This document shows, piece after piece, positions 20,261-29,291 of a stretch of 64,000 nucleotides of DNA (position 1 is the stretch's first letter; each line of letters starts with the position of its first letter). The stretch lies in NCBI GenBank assembly GCA_031431875.1, contig JANPEF010000106.1, positions 32,001 to 96,000 on the forward strand. Direction: 5' to 3'. This stretch comes from Candidatus Eiseniibacteriota bacterium. Its GTDB lineage: Bacteria; Eisenbacteria; RBG-16-71-46; DASYSL01. A model generated the notes under the pieces. The model worked only from the letters and a program-made list of their open reading frames with translations. It had not been told where the DNA came from and made no database searches. The translations under genes were made by a program, and so were the position numbers.

Positions 20261-21096
20261 TCGTCCGCACCCGCCCGCTGCTGCTCGTCGCTGCGCTGCT
20301 CCTGCCGTTGCTCGCGGGTTTCACCGGCTGCGCCGGCGCGGAACGGCCGATCGCTCCGGCTTCGCCGGGGGATCAGCTGCGCATGGCACGCCTGCGCTAC
20401 GACCGCAACGACTACACCGAGGCGATCGAGTTGCTCAACGGCTACGTGCAGTTCCGGGCCGACGCGCCGGACCTCGACGAGGCGCACTTCCTGCTCGGCA
20501 TGAGCCATGTGCAGCAGAAGGCGTGGCCGCTGGCGGCGGGGGAGTTCGTGGTCGTGACCAGCGATCATCCCGACTCGCCGCGCCTGCCCGATGCGCACTA
20601 CTGGCTCGGCGTGTCGTACTGGAAGCAGGCCCGCCCGCCGAAGTACGACCAGGATCCGACGAAGCGCGCGCTCGGCCAGTGGAACCGCTTCCTGCAGCTC
20701 TATCCCGACCACCCGCGCGCCGACGAGGCGCGGGCCATGCAGCAGGAGGGTCGCGACCGGCTCGCCGAGAAGGCGAAGCTGAACGGCGAGCTCTACATCA
20801 CGCTCCACCAGTGGCAGCCGGCGCTCTACTACTTCGACGAGATCCTGCGCGAGTACCCCGAGAGCAAGTGGGCCGAGTGGGCGCTGCTCGGCCGCGGCGA
20901 GGCGTTGGGCGGCATGCGCCGCCAGGACGAGGCGCGCGTCCAGCTCGAGGCCGTGCGCGACAGCGCGAAGGACGCGGCCGTGCGCAAGCGCGCCGAGGAT
21001 CGCCTGAAGAAGTTGCCGTACTCGCCGCCGTCGTCGGCCGGCAGCCCGTTGCCGGCGCCCGCGACGGCCGACTCCGATTCGGGGACGGCGGGGTGA
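20257..21096 (+). CDS. bamD: Outer membrane assembly lipoprotein BamD
   Basis: FTGC lipobox, TPRs, YDQDPT, RDRLAEK, YPES motifs. Confidence 0.88.
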   Translation: MIVRTRPLLLVAALLLPLLAGFTGCAGAERPIAPASPGDQLRMARLRYDRNDYTEAIELLNGYVQFRADAPDLDEAHFLLGMSHVQQKAWPLAAGEFVVVTSDHPDSPRLPDAHYWLGVSYWKQARPPKYDQDPTKRALGQWNRFLQLYPDHPRADEARAMQQEGRDRLAEKAKLNGELYITLHQWQPALYYFDEILREYPESKWAEWALLGRGEALGGMRRQDEARVQLEAVRDSAKDAAVRKRAEDRLKKLPYSPPSSAGSPLPAPATADSDSGTAG

Positions 21097-21725
21097 GCCG
21101 CCGCGCGGCCGGCGGCCTCCGCATCGGCCTCCTCGGCGGCACATTCGATCCGCCGCACGTCGGTCACCTGCTGCTCGCCGAGGCGGCGCGCGAGCAACTG
21201 CGCCTCGACCGCATCCTCTTCGTGCCCGCCCACGTCCCCCCGCACAAGCGCGGCCGCCCGGTGACGCCGGCCCGCACGCGGCGCGCGCTGCTCGCCGCGG
21301 CGTTGCGCGGCACGGGCTTCGGCCTGTCGACGATCGAGCTCGATCGCCCCGGTCCCTCGTACACGGTCGATACTTTGACGTCGCTGGCCCGGGCGCAGCC
21401 CGGGGCGAGACTGTTCTTGCTCATCGGCGCGGACAGTCTCATCGACCTCCCCGAATGGCGCGATCCGGAGCGAATCCTGTCCCTCGCGACGCTTGCCGTT
21501 GCCGTCCGTCCGGGCACGAAGCTCCCAGCCATGGCGCGCGGACCGCTCGCCCGGCATCGCTCTGCAGTCAAGTTCCTCGGCAACGTCCCGGTCGACGTGT
21601 CCTCGACGCAGCTGCGCGCGCGCGTCGCCGCCGGCCGCTCGATCCGCTTCCTCGTGCCCTCGGCGGTCGAGCGCGCGATCGCGCGCCTGGGCCTGTACCG
21701 GCGCACCGGCGGGGGGCGGCCGTGA
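21093..21725 (+). CDS. nadD: Nicotinate-nucleotide adenylyltransferase
   Basis: GGTFDPPHVGH, PPHK, SYTVDT, IGADS, VSST. Confidence 0.95.
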   Translation: MSRRAAGGLRIGLLGGTFDPPHVGHLLLAEAAREQLRLDRILFVPAHVPPHKRGRPVTPARTRRALLAAALRGTGFGLSTIELDRPGPSYTVDTLTSLARAQPGARLFLLIGADSLIDLPEWRDPERILSLATLAVAVRPGTKLPAMARGPLARHRSAVKFLGNVPVDVSSTQLRARVAAGRSIRFLVPSAVERAIARLGLYRRTGGGRP

Positions 21726-24607
21726 GCCCGGCAAAGCGCGAGCGGCTGTTCCTGCTCGACGGGCTGGCGCTGGCCTACCGCAGTCACTTCGCGTTCATCC
21801 GCCGGCCGCTCACCAACTCGCGCGGCGAGAACACGAGCGCGGTGTTCGCCTTCGCCAATACGGTCATCAAGCTGCGCGACCAGGAGAAGCCCGAGCACTG
21901 GGCGCTGGCCTGGGACTCGATCCTGCCGACGCGACGCCACGTGAAGTACCCCGACTACAAGGCGCATCGCCCGCCGATGCCCGAGGACCTGGTCTTCCAG
22001 CTGCCGCGCCTCCTCGCGCTGGCCGAGGCGATCGGCCTGCCCAAGATCGAGGTCGCCGGCACCGAGGCCGACGACGTGATGGCGACGCTGACCAGGCGCG
22101 CGGTGGCCGACGGCATGGACGTCGTGCTGGTGACCAACGACAAGGACCTGCAGCAGCTCGTCTCGCCGCACGTCAAGGTGCTCGCCCCCGGTGGTGGCGC
22201 GCGCGAGGACGCGTGGATGGACGAGGCGGCGGTGCAGGCCAAGTGGGGCGTGCCGCCGGGGGGACTCCGCGACGTCCTCGCGCTGATGGGTGACGCCAGC
22301 GACAACGTGCCCGGCGTGCCCGGCGTCGGCGAGAAGACCGCCGTCGAGCTGATCGCCCAGTTCGGTTCGCTCGACCAGGTCTACGCCCGGCTGTCCGAGG
22401 TGAAGAAGGACGGCGTGCGCAAGAAGCTGGCCGAGAATCGCGATGCCGCGTACCTGTCCCAGGAGCTGGTGACCGTCGACGACGACCTCCCCATCGCCGA
22501 GGACTGGAGCACGATGGTGGTGCGCCCGATCGACGGCGCGAAGTTGCGGGCGCTCGCCACCGAACTCGACATCAACCGGCTCAAGAGCTACGCCGACCAG
22601 GCCGATGCCGGCGGGGAGGTGAAGGTATCCCACGCGCGAAGCGCGCAGGCGAGTGTCACGCCGGAGGCAGCCCCGGTCGTCGAAGCCTTCGGCCTCGACG
22701 AGACACAGCTCGGCTTCGGCTTCGACGTGCCGGCCGAGGCCGTCGTGCCGCGCCCCGCGAACATCGCTCCCGCTTCGTGGGAGGAGGGCACGCTGCCTCC
22801 GGCGTACGGGCCGAAGGTGCGCATCCTCACCACCGCCACGGAACTCGATGCGCTGGCGAAGCAGCTGCGCGCACTGCCGCACGGCTTCGTCGTCGACACC
22901 GAGACGACGTCCGAGGACCCGCTGCGTGCCCGGCTGGTCGGCGTCGGCTTCGCCTGGGGCGAGGCGCCCGTGTACGTGCCGCTCGCGCACAACGAGGGGA
23001 CGAACGCACCGCGTGACGCGTTCGACCGGGCGATCGCGCCGCTGCTGGCCGATCCGGCGGTGAAGAAGACCGGACAGAACTTCAAATACGACCAGCTCGT
23101 CTTCCGCACCGAGGGCTACGCCGTCGCGGGGCTCGCCGGCGACACGATGATCGCCTCGTACCTGCTCGATCCCGAGACGCCGCACAACCTCGACTGGCTG
23201 TCGGCCAATCACCTGAGCGTGACCAAGATTCCGACCTCGGCGCTGATCGGCAAGCGCGGCAAGGAACAGCGCACCATGGACCAGGTGCCGATCGAGATCG
23301 TCGCCGCGTACTGCGGCGAGGACGTGCACTGCACGTGGGAACTGGCCGAGCGATTCCAGCCGCAGCTCGAGATCCAGGGCTTCGAGCCGCTGTACAAGGA
23401 CGTCGAGATCCCGCTGTCGAACGTGCTCGCCGCGATGGAGTGGGAGGGCGTCCTGCTCGACGTCGACTTCCTCGCCGTCATGTCAAGGAGGCTGGGCGGG
23501 GAGATCGCCGGGCTCGAGGTGAAGGTGCACGCCGCCGCGGGTCAGGCGTTCAACATCCAGTCGCCGCCCCAGCTCGCCGAGATCCTGTTCAAGAAACTGG
23601 GCCTGCCCGGCGGCAAGAAGACGAAGACCGGCTTCTCGACCGACAGCGACGTGCTCGCGGGCCTCGCGGGCATGCACGACCTGCCGCGCCTCGTCCTCGA
23701 CTACCGCCAGCTCGCCAAGCTCAAGTCGACGTACGTCGACGCGCTGCCCGCGATGGTGCTGCCCCGCGACGGCCGGCTCCACACCAGCTTCGGCCAGACG
23801 ATCGCCGCGACCGGACGGCTGTCGTCGTCCGATCCGAATCTGCAGAACATCCCGTTCCGCACATCGCTGGGCCGCGAGGTCCGCCGCGCGTTCATCGCCC
23901 GCCCCGGGTGGAGGTTCGTCTCGGCCGACTACTCGCAGATCGAGCTGCGGCTCATGGCGCACTTCTCGCGCGACCCCGCGCTGGTCGAGGCGTTCCAGCG
24001 CGGCGAGGACGTGCACGCGCGCACCGCCGAGCGCGTGTTCTCCCTGCCGCCGGGAACGAAACCCACGTCCGAGCAGCGCGGCATGGCGAAGACGGTGAAC
24101 TTCGGGGTGATGTACGGGATGGGCGCACGTGCGCTGGGCCAGCAGCTGGGCATCCCGGTCGCTGAGGCCAGCCGCTTCATCGCCGAGTATTACCGAACGC
24201 ACGAGGGCGTGAAGCGGCACCTCGACTCCATGGTCGCTGCCGCGCGCGAGAAGGGTTACGCCGAGACGATCCTCGGTCGCCGTCGTCGCCTGCCCGCGCT
24301 CACGGCGGGGGAGGGCCGCGCCCGCGCCGACGCCGAGCGCGCCGCGATCAACACGCCGATCCAGGGCTCGGCTGCGGACCTGATCAAGGTCGCGATGATC
24401 CGCCTTGCCCGCGACCTCGAGGTGAAGGGCCTGGAGGCGAAGCTCCTGCTGCAGGTGCACGACGAACTGCTCGTCGAGTGTCCCGAGTCCGAGGTCGATG
24501 CCGCGCAGGCCGCGCTCGTCGAGGCGATGACCAGGGCGATGGACCTCTCCGTGCCACTCGAGGTGCAGGCCGGCGTCGGCGTCAACTGGTTCGAGGTCCA
24601 CGCATGA
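21722..24607 (+). CDS. polA: DNA polymerase I (5'-3' exo, 3'-5' exo, polymerase)
   Basis: YKAHR, EADD, GDASDNVPG, DTET, ATGRLSSSDPNLQNIP, ADYSQIELR, QVHDEL. Confidence 0.98.
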   Translation: MSPAKRERLFLLDGLALAYRSHFAFIRRPLTNSRGENTSAVFAFANTVIKLRDQEKPEHWALAWDSILPTRRHVKYPDYKAHRPPMPEDLVFQLPRLLALAEAIGLPKIEVAGTEADDVMATLTRRAVADGMDVVLVTNDKDLQQLVSPHVKVLAPGGGAREDAWMDEAAVQAKWGVPPGGLRDVLALMGDASDNVPGVPGVGEKTAVELIAQFGSLDQVYARLSEVKKDGVRKKLAENRDAAYLSQELVTVDDDLPIAEDWSTMVVRPIDGAKLRALATELDINRLKSYADQADAGGEVKVSHARSAQASVTPEAAPVVEAFGLDETQLGFGFDVPAEAVVPRPANIAPASWEEGTLPPAYGPKVRILTTATELDALAKQLRALPHGFVVDTETTSEDPLRARLVGVGFAWGEAPVYVPLAHNEGTNAPRDAFDRAIAPLLADPAVKKTGQNFKYDQLVFRTEGYAVAGLAGDTMIASYLLDPETPHNLDWLSANHLSVTKIPTSALIGKRGKEQRTMDQVPIEIVAAYCGEDVHCTWELAERFQPQLEIQGFEPLYKDVEIPLSNVLAAMEWEGVLLDVDFLAVMSRRLGGEIAGLEVKVHAAAGQAFNIQSPPQLAEILFKKLGLPGGKKTKTGFSTDSDVLAGLAGMHDLPRLVLDYRQLAKLKSTYVDALPAMVLPRDGRLHTSFGQTIAATGRLSSSDPNLQNIPFRTSLGREVRRAFIARPGWRFVSADYSQIELRLMAHFSRDPALVEAFQRGEDVHARTAERVFSLPPGTKPTSEQRGMAKTVNFGVMYGMGARALGQQLGIPVAEASRFIAEYYRTHEGVKRHLDSMVAAAREKGYAETILGRRRRLPALTAGEGRARADAERAAINTPIQGSAADLIKVAMIRLARDLEVKGLEAKLLLQVHDELLVECPESEVDAAQAALVEAMTRAMDLSVPLEVQAGVGVNWFEVHA

Positions 24608-25281
24608 AACCGCGACGCCCGCCCGGCGACGACGGTGCCTACGTCGTCGGCGTGACCGGCGGCGTGGCCAGCGGCAAGACCACGTTCGTCGACGAGCTGG
24701 CGCGCGGCGGCAGCGCCCGGGTGATCGACGCCGACCGCCTGGGCCACGCGATCCTGCGCCGCAGCGACGTCGCCAGAGCGCTCGCCGTCGCCTTCGGCGA
24801 CGACGTGCTCGACTCTTCGGGTGCGGTTCGCCGCGACGTGCTCGGCCCGCGCGCGTTCGTTACGCCCGAAGCGCTGGCTCGGCTGAACGCGATCGTGCAC
24901 CCGCCGCTGCTCGTCGAGCTGGACCGGATTCTGGCCGCCTACGCGGGCTCGACGTACCGCGGCCTCGTCATCCTCGATGCCGCGCTGCTCGTCGAGTGGG
25001 ACGCCGGCGACCGCTGTGACGAAGTGGTCGCCGTGATCGCTTCGCCCGCGACCCAGGTTTTCCGGCTCCTGCACGATCGCGGGCGCAGTGGGGACGAGGC
25101 GCGGGCGATCGTCGAGCGGCAGCTGCCCGCGGCTGTTCGCGCGGCCTACGCCGACGTCGTGATCGAGAACGACGGGACGCGCGCGGAGTTCCTGGCAAAG
25201 GCGCGCGCGGTGGCGGGGGAGATCCGGGAGCGAGCGGGGGCTGGCCGCCCCGCCCCGGGATCGGCTAAGGTGCAGCCATGA
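24604..25281 (+). CDS. coaE: Dephospho-CoA kinase
   Basis: GVTGGVASGKTT, IDAD, LNAIVHP, DAALLVE. Confidence 0.93.
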   Translation: MKPRRPPGDDGAYVVGVTGGVASGKTTFVDELARGGSARVIDADRLGHAILRRSDVARALAVAFGDDVLDSSGAVRRDVLGPRAFVTPEALARLNAIVHPPLLVELDRILAAYAGSTYRGLVILDAALLVEWDAGDRCDEVVAVIASPATQVFRLLHDRGRSGDEARAIVERQLPAAVRAAYADVVIENDGTRAEFLAKARAVAGEIRERAGAGRPAPGSAKVQP

Positions 25282-26388
25282 ACGAGACACTCCAACCGCA
25301 GGAACTCGAAAAGCGCCTCGAGAAGCTCGGCGCCACGTTGGACCAGCTCCGGGGGTATCTTTGACCTTCCCGCGCGCCGGGAAGAGGTCGCCCGCCTCGA
25401 AGTGAAGATGGCCGAGAACGGTTTCTGGGATCGGCCCGAGGACGCCCGCAAGGTCATCGGCCAGCTGAAGATCGCGCGTCACGTGGTCGTCGGCTTCGAC
25501 AGCCCGGCGAAGACCTACACCGATCTCCAGGAACTCTACGAAATGGCCCGCGACGAGGCCGACGCCGCGACGATCGAGGCGGTCGCCCGCGACCTCGGAG
25601 CGCTCGAGGTGCGCGTTCACGACTTCGAACTCGAGAGCCTGCTCGCCGGCGACAACGATCACCTCGGTGCGGTCGTCACCATCCACCCGGGCGCCGGTGG
25701 CACCGAGTCGCAGGACTGGGCGGAGATGCTGTACCGCATGTACACGCGCTACTGCGAGCGCCGCGGCTGGCCGGCGGCAGTGCTCGACCTGCAACCCGGC
25801 GAGGAAGCCGGGCTCAAGGACGCGTCGTTCGAGGTGGACACCGAGTATGCGTTCGGCTTTCTCAAGGCCGAGACCGGCGTGCATCGCCTCGTGCGCATCT
25901 CGCCGTTCGATGCAGCGAAGCGGCGCCAGACCTCGTTCGCCTCGGTGCACGTCACGCCGCTCATCGACGACACGATCGTGGTCGACATCAAGGACGACGA
26001 CCTGCGCATCGATACCTATCGCGCCTCGGGCGCCGGCGGTCAGCACGTCAACAAGACCGAGTCGGCAGTGCGCATCACGCACATCCCGACCAGCATCGTC
26101 GCCCAGTCGCAGGCCGAGCGCAGCCAGCACAAGAACCGGGAATCCGCGATGAAGATGCTCAAGTCAAGGCTCTACACGCACTTCCAGGCGATCGAGAAGG
26201 CGCGCCAGGCGGGCCTCACCGAGCCCAAGAAGGACATCAACTTCGGCAGCCAGATCCGCTCGTACGTGCTCCAGCCGTACACGATGGTCAAGGACCTGCG
26301 CACGAGCGCCGAGACCTCGGACGTCAGTCGCGTCCTCGACGGCGACATCGACCTGTTCATCGACGCGTTCCTGCGTCACAAGGAGTAG
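25278..26388 (+). CDS. prfB: Peptide chain release factor 2 with programmed +1 frameshift (join 25278..25361, 25363..26388)
   Basis: SPF and GGQ motifs; GGGGG-TAT-CTT-TGA-C site in frame with ATG 25278; +1 frame continues into the 25402 ORF. Confidence 0.96.
25351..25365 (+). promoter_or_regulatory. RF2 autoregulatory frameshift site
   Basis: GGGGGTATCTTTGAC: internal SD-like run plus CTT TGA C. Confidence 0.93.
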
Positions 26389-26392
26389 CGGC

Positions 26393-27751
26393 ATGAACCG
26401 ACGCATCTTCCGCGAGTACGACGTGCGCGGTCTGCACGCGACCGATCTCACCGACGACGTGGTCACCGACCTGGGCCGCGCGTTCGGCAGCTACCTGCGC
26501 CGCAAGGGTGCGAAGACAGTCGCGCTGGGTCGCGACTTCCGGCCGTCGTCGCCGCGCCTGGCCGCCGCGCTCGAGGCGGGGATCCGCGAGGTCGGCTGCG
26601 ACGTGCTGCGCGTCGGCGTGCTGCCCACGCCCGGCCTGTACTGGTCGATCGCGCACCTTTCGACCGACGCCGGTGTGCAGATCACCGGTTCGCACAATCC
26701 GTCCGAGTACAATGGCTTCAAGATGAACCTCGGTCTCGCCTCGGTCTACGGCGAGGAGATCCAGAAGCTGCTGGCGATGATCCTCGCGCGCGATTTCGAG
26801 AAGCCCACGGCGCCGGGCACGGTGAGCGACCACCCGACCGAGGCGGCCTACATGGACATGCTCGCCTCGAAGGTGGCGCCGAAGCGCAAACTCAAGGTCG
26901 TGCTCGACGCGGGCAACGGCTGCGCCGGCCCGGTCGCGCCCGACGTATTCCGCCGTGTCGGCTGCGAGGTGGTGGAACTCTTCACCGAGCCCGACGGCAC
27001 CTACCCGAATCACCAGCCGGACCCGACGGTCGAGGCGAACATGCAGGACCTGATCAAGGCCGTCCGCGAGCACAAGGCCGACTTCGGGATCGGCTACGAC
27101 GGCGATGCCGACCGCGTCGGCGCGGTCGACGAGAAGGGCCGCATCGTGTGGGGCGACCAGATCCTGGCGCTGCTGTCACGCGAGGTGCTGGCCAAGTATC
27201 CCGGCGCGCCGATCGTGTTCGACGTCAAGTGCTCGCAGGGCCTCGAGGAGGACATCCTCGCCCACGGTGGCCGCCCGATCATGGCCCGCACCGGCCACTC
27301 GGTGATGAAGGCGCGCATGAAGGAAGAGAAGGCGCCGCTCGCCGGCGAGCTCTCGGGCCACATCTTCTACGAAGACGACTTCTACGGCTTCGACGACGCG
27401 ATCTACGTCTCGCTGCGGCTGTTGAGAATTGTCGCCGACTCGGGCAAGTCGCTGGGCACGCTGATCGACTCGGTGCCGCAATACGTGGCCACGCCCGAGA
27501 TCCGCCTCGACACCGACGACGACCTCAAGTTCGGCATCGTCGACCGCGTGCGCGATCACTTCGCGAAGGACCACGAGGTGATCGCCATCGATGGCGCGCG
27601 CATCAAGTTCGGCGACGGCTGGGCGTTGGTGCGCGCCTCGAATACGCAACCCGTGCTGGTCGTGCGTTTCGAGGCGAAGACGCAGCAGCGCCTCGACGCA
27701 ATCCGCACCGAGGTGATGGACGTGCTGGCGGGTGAGGGCGTGCGCGGGTGA
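26393..27751 (+). CDS. Phosphomannomutase/phosphoglucomutase (AlgC-like)
   Basis: FREYDVRG, ITGSHNP, DGDADR, GELSGH, RASNTQP. Confidence 0.94.
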   Translation: MNRRIFREYDVRGLHATDLTDDVVTDLGRAFGSYLRRKGAKTVALGRDFRPSSPRLAAALEAGIREVGCDVLRVGVLPTPGLYWSIAHLSTDAGVQITGSHNPSEYNGFKMNLGLASVYGEEIQKLLAMILARDFEKPTAPGTVSDHPTEAAYMDMLASKVAPKRKLKVVLDAGNGCAGPVAPDVFRRVGCEVVELFTEPDGTYPNHQPDPTVEANMQDLIKAVREHKADFGIGYDGDADRVGAVDEKGRIVWGDQILALLSREVLAKYPGAPIVFDVKCSQGLEEDILAHGGRPIMARTGHSVMKARMKEEKAPLAGELSGHIFYEDDFYGFDDAIYVSLRLLRIVADSGKSLGTLIDSVPQYVATPEIRLDTDDDLKFGIVDRVRDHFAKDHEVIAIDGARIKFGDGWALVRASNTQPVLVVRFEAKTQQRLDAIRTEVMDVLAGEGVRG

Positions 27752-28575
27752 AGCGCGCCGCCGCGACCCGTCGGACGGCGCCGCGTCCCGCGCCGGTGAC
27801 CGACGTCGCGCTGTACGACGGCCTGTTCGAGCGGTGGATGGGCAAGCTCGCCGCCGACCTGCCCATGATCCTCGAGGTGGCGAAGGGCGCGAGGGGCCCC
27901 GTGCTCGAGCTGGGCGTGGGCGCCGGAAGGGTCGCGATCGAACTGGCGCGCCGCGGTCACCACGTCACCGGCGTCGACGATTCGAAGCCGATGCTGGCCG
28001 CACTTGCCCGCCGCCTCGCCGCCGAGCCACCCGTCGTGCGCGCCCGCGTCACCGCGCTGCGCCAGGACCTGCGGCGCCTCAGGGTGCCGCGTGGGAAGTT
28101 TCGCCTGGCCCTCCTGCCGTTCAACACGTTCTGCCACTTCGAGACGATCGCCGATCAGGACAAAGTGCTCGCCGGCGCGGCGGGCGCGCTCGCGCGCGGC
28201 GGCTGGCTGTGGCTCTCGGTGTTCCGCGTCGATCCGGCCCGCCCCACGGGTGTGCTGCGCGCCGAGCCGGGGCCGCTGTCAGGCGAGGCGCCGGGGCTGC
28301 CCGGTTCGCGCACCGAGGTGTTCTTCCAGCAGGCGTTCGAGCGCGCGGCGCAGGTGACCGAGGCGCGCTTCTGGCTCGACACGGTCGCGCCCGACGGACT
28401 GGTCCGCCGGCAGACCACGCAACTGCGCCTGCGCTGGTTCGAGCGCTACGAGTTGGAGCGCGCGCTCGCCGCGCACGGGTTCGTCGTGCGCCGGTTGTGG
28501 GGCGACTTCGACGGCGTCGACTTCGACGACACGAGCCCGCAGATCATCCTGCTCGCCCAGCGCGCGGCGCGTTGA
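27748..28575 (+). CDS. Class I SAM-dependent methyltransferase
   Basis: VLELGVGAGR motif I; GTGA coupling. Confidence 0.85.
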   Translation: MKRAAATRRTAPRPAPVTDVALYDGLFERWMGKLAADLPMILEVAKGARGPVLELGVGAGRVAIELARRGHHVTGVDDSKPMLAALARRLAAEPPVVRARVTALRQDLRRLRVPRGKFRLALLPFNTFCHFETIADQDKVLAGAAGALARGGWLWLSVFRVDPARPTGVLRAEPGPLSGEAPGLPGSRTEVFFQQAFERAAQVTEARFWLDTVAPDGLVRRQTTQLRLRWFERYELERALAAHGFVVRRLWGDFDGVDFDDTSPQIILLAQRAAR

Positions 28576-28582
28576 GCCCGCC

Positions 28583-29173
28583 GTGGCCGTCCTGTCCCGC
28601 CGCTTCTACGCCCGCCCGGCGCTCGCGGTGGCGGCCGACCTGATCGGCACCAGGCTGGTTCATCGCTCGCCGTTCGGCACGCTCGGCGGTGTGATCGTCG
28701 AGGTCGAGGCCTACGGCGGCGCCGAGGATGCGGCGAGCCACGCGAAGAACGGGCCCACACCACGCAACCGGAGCATGTTCGGTCCTCCCGGCCACGCCTA
28801 TGTCTACTTCATCTACGGGATGCACCATTGCCTGAACGTCGTCACCGGACGGGAGGGGGAGGGTGCGGCGGTTCTCCTCCGGGCGATCGCGCCGTCGCTC
28901 GGCGGGGCGCTGTGGCGTGGCCGGCGATCCGACCTCCCCGTCGGGCGCGAGGCCTCGGGTCCCGGCCGGCTCGCCCGGGCGCTCGGGCTGACCCGCGCGC
29001 ACGATGGGCTCGATCTCCTCGATTCCCCGCTGATCATCCGCCCGCGGCGGGGGGAGGAACCCCCGCTCTCGAGCGGCCCACGGATCGGGATTCGTCTCGC
29101 CCGGGAGATCCCTGGGCGGATCTGGTGGACCGGGCACCCGGCGGTCTCGCGAACCGTCTCGCGGACCGGTTGA
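28583..29173 (+). CDS. mpg: DNA-3-methyladenine glycosylase (AAG/MPG family)
   Basis: IVEVEAY, YVYFIYGMH, AVLLRA, GPGRL, PRIGI. Confidence 0.93.
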   Translation: MAVLSRRFYARPALAVAADLIGTRLVHRSPFGTLGGVIVEVEAYGGAEDAASHAKNGPTPRNRSMFGPPGHAYVYFIYGMHHCLNVVTGREGEGAAVLLRAIAPSLGGALWRGRRSDLPVGREASGPGRLARALGLTRAHDGLDLLDSPLIIRPRRGEEPPLSSGPRIGIRLAREIPGRIWWTGHPAVSRTVSRTG

Positions 29174-29198
29174 CAGCCGCCGCTTCCCGACCTAGGAT
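29170..29198 (+). promoter_or_regulatory. sigma70-type promoter
   Basis: TTGACA-N17-TAGGAT overlapping the mpg stop. Confidence 0.7.
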
Positions 29199-29230
29199 GC
29201 GCAGCGGTGCGCACTTGCGTGCCGACCGAG

Positions 29231-29274
29231 GCGTCCCCGGGTCTGCGACCCCGGCTCGACGCGTTTTTTGTTTT
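29231..29274 (+). terminator. Intrinsic terminator-like hairpin with U-tract
   Basis: GCGTC..CCGGGTC-TGC-GACCCCGG..GACGC followed by TTTTTTGTTTT. Confidence 0.6.
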
Positions 29275-29291
29275 CCCCAAGGAGTCCATGG

